Positions 63,508-64,000 of a stretch of 64,000 bases of DNA are shown here, one piece after another. The notes under the pieces are model-generated. The model did not search any database. It had not been told where the DNA came from and saw only the letters and a program-made list of their open reading frames with translations. Source of the stretch: Vitrella brassicaformis CCMP3155 (lineage: Eukaryota; Protista; Chromerida); contig CDMY01000436.1 in the NCBI GenBank assembly GCA_001179505.1, positions 315,607 through 379,606 of the forward strand, read 5' to 3'. A program made the position numbers and the translations under genes. Each line of letters starts with the position of its first letter. Position 1 is the stretch's first letter.

Positions 63508-64000
63508 TCAGCCGCCCATCATCATTAGCAGGTCGTCTCCATACTCACAGTCCGGCTCCCACAGGGCCGCGGAGCCCCCCGGCTGCAGAGGGGTGTCGCC
63601 CTCCTCCTCACTCTCCTCATCGCGACCGACCACGCGACGGCCATCCACCTCCTGCATGCCCGTCGACGAGAACGGATTTGCTGCTGCTGGCAATGGAGGA
63701 GGAGCTGCCGCAGCAGCAGCAGCAGCAGCAGACGAAGACGAGGAGGAGCATGGTAGCTCTTCTGGTGGTGGCATGAGTGGTCCGACGTCGTTGTGGCCGA
63801 AGAGCATCTCAAGGTCTTCGTAGGTGAACCACTGACAGACACCACAGATGAGTAGCAAGGGATATTTCTTTATGCACGCTGCTTCACTCCTGGTGCAAAC
63901 ATACACACCTGTTGCTTGAGATGTCTGGCGGGGTTCTGTGCCGCCTGGGACCCTGCGGCCCCCACGCCCTTCTTGGACACAGACATCCGCCGACGCGTCA
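63508..64000 (-). CDS. 3' end of an unidentified gene entering from the right edge
   Basis: Open segments KKYPLLLI and WFTYEDLEMLFGHNDVGPLMPPPEE with poly-Ser/Ala and an acidic tail ending LLMMMGG* at 63508. Confidence 0.4.
   Translation of the reverse strand, partial: DASADVCVQEGRGGRRVPGGTEPRQTSQATGVYVCTRSEAACIKKYPLLLICGVCQWFTYEDLEMLFGHNDVGPLMPPPEELPCSSSSSSAAAAAAAAAPPPLPAAANPFSSTGMQEVDGRRVVGRDEESEEEGDTPLQPGGSAALWEPDCEYGDDLLMMMGG

Overview
This is a 64-kb window of GC-rich, very intron-rich eukaryotic nuclear DNA whose introns are full of microsatellites. The gene content (apicortin, CDPK, Apple domains, HPR/OPR repeats, bipartite plastid-type leaders, flagellar CFAP52) points to a chromerid alga, most likely Vitrella brassicaformis; the species call is inference. 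I joined exons by eye and can support about 20 protein-coding loci. From left to right: a partial mosaic gene and a Ser/Thr kinase with scrambled local exon duplications (1-6.1 kb); RCC1-BTB-BTB protein; PRKRIP1; a lineage-specific protein; a BTB protein with an in-frame TGA; a HAD hydrolase; apicortin; CFAP52; a C2/coiled-coil/PGPGxY-repeat protein; an acidic membrane protein; a delta-9 desaturase with an extra multi-TM N-terminal module; a secreted Apple-domain GH3 glucanase; a plastid-type membrane protein; ENY2/Sus1; a PDI-like protein; the mitochondrial 2-oxoglutarate/malate carrier; a YniC-like HAD phosphatase; a CDPK; an unknown protein; a ~1,900-aa HPR/OPR protein; a small coiled-coil/TM protein; and a partial gene at the right edge. 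There are two 300-N assembly gaps. I saw no tRNA, rRNA, CRISPR array or transposase. The strongest leads are the Apple x3-GH3 fusion, the multi-TM/desaturase fusion, the C2-PGPGxY protein in a microtubule-gene cluster, splice-consistent in-frame stops in the BTB and apicortin genes, and the exon-scrambled kinase locus. Exon boundaries and most start codons are manual estimates, and homology calls come from recalled motifs rather than database searches.
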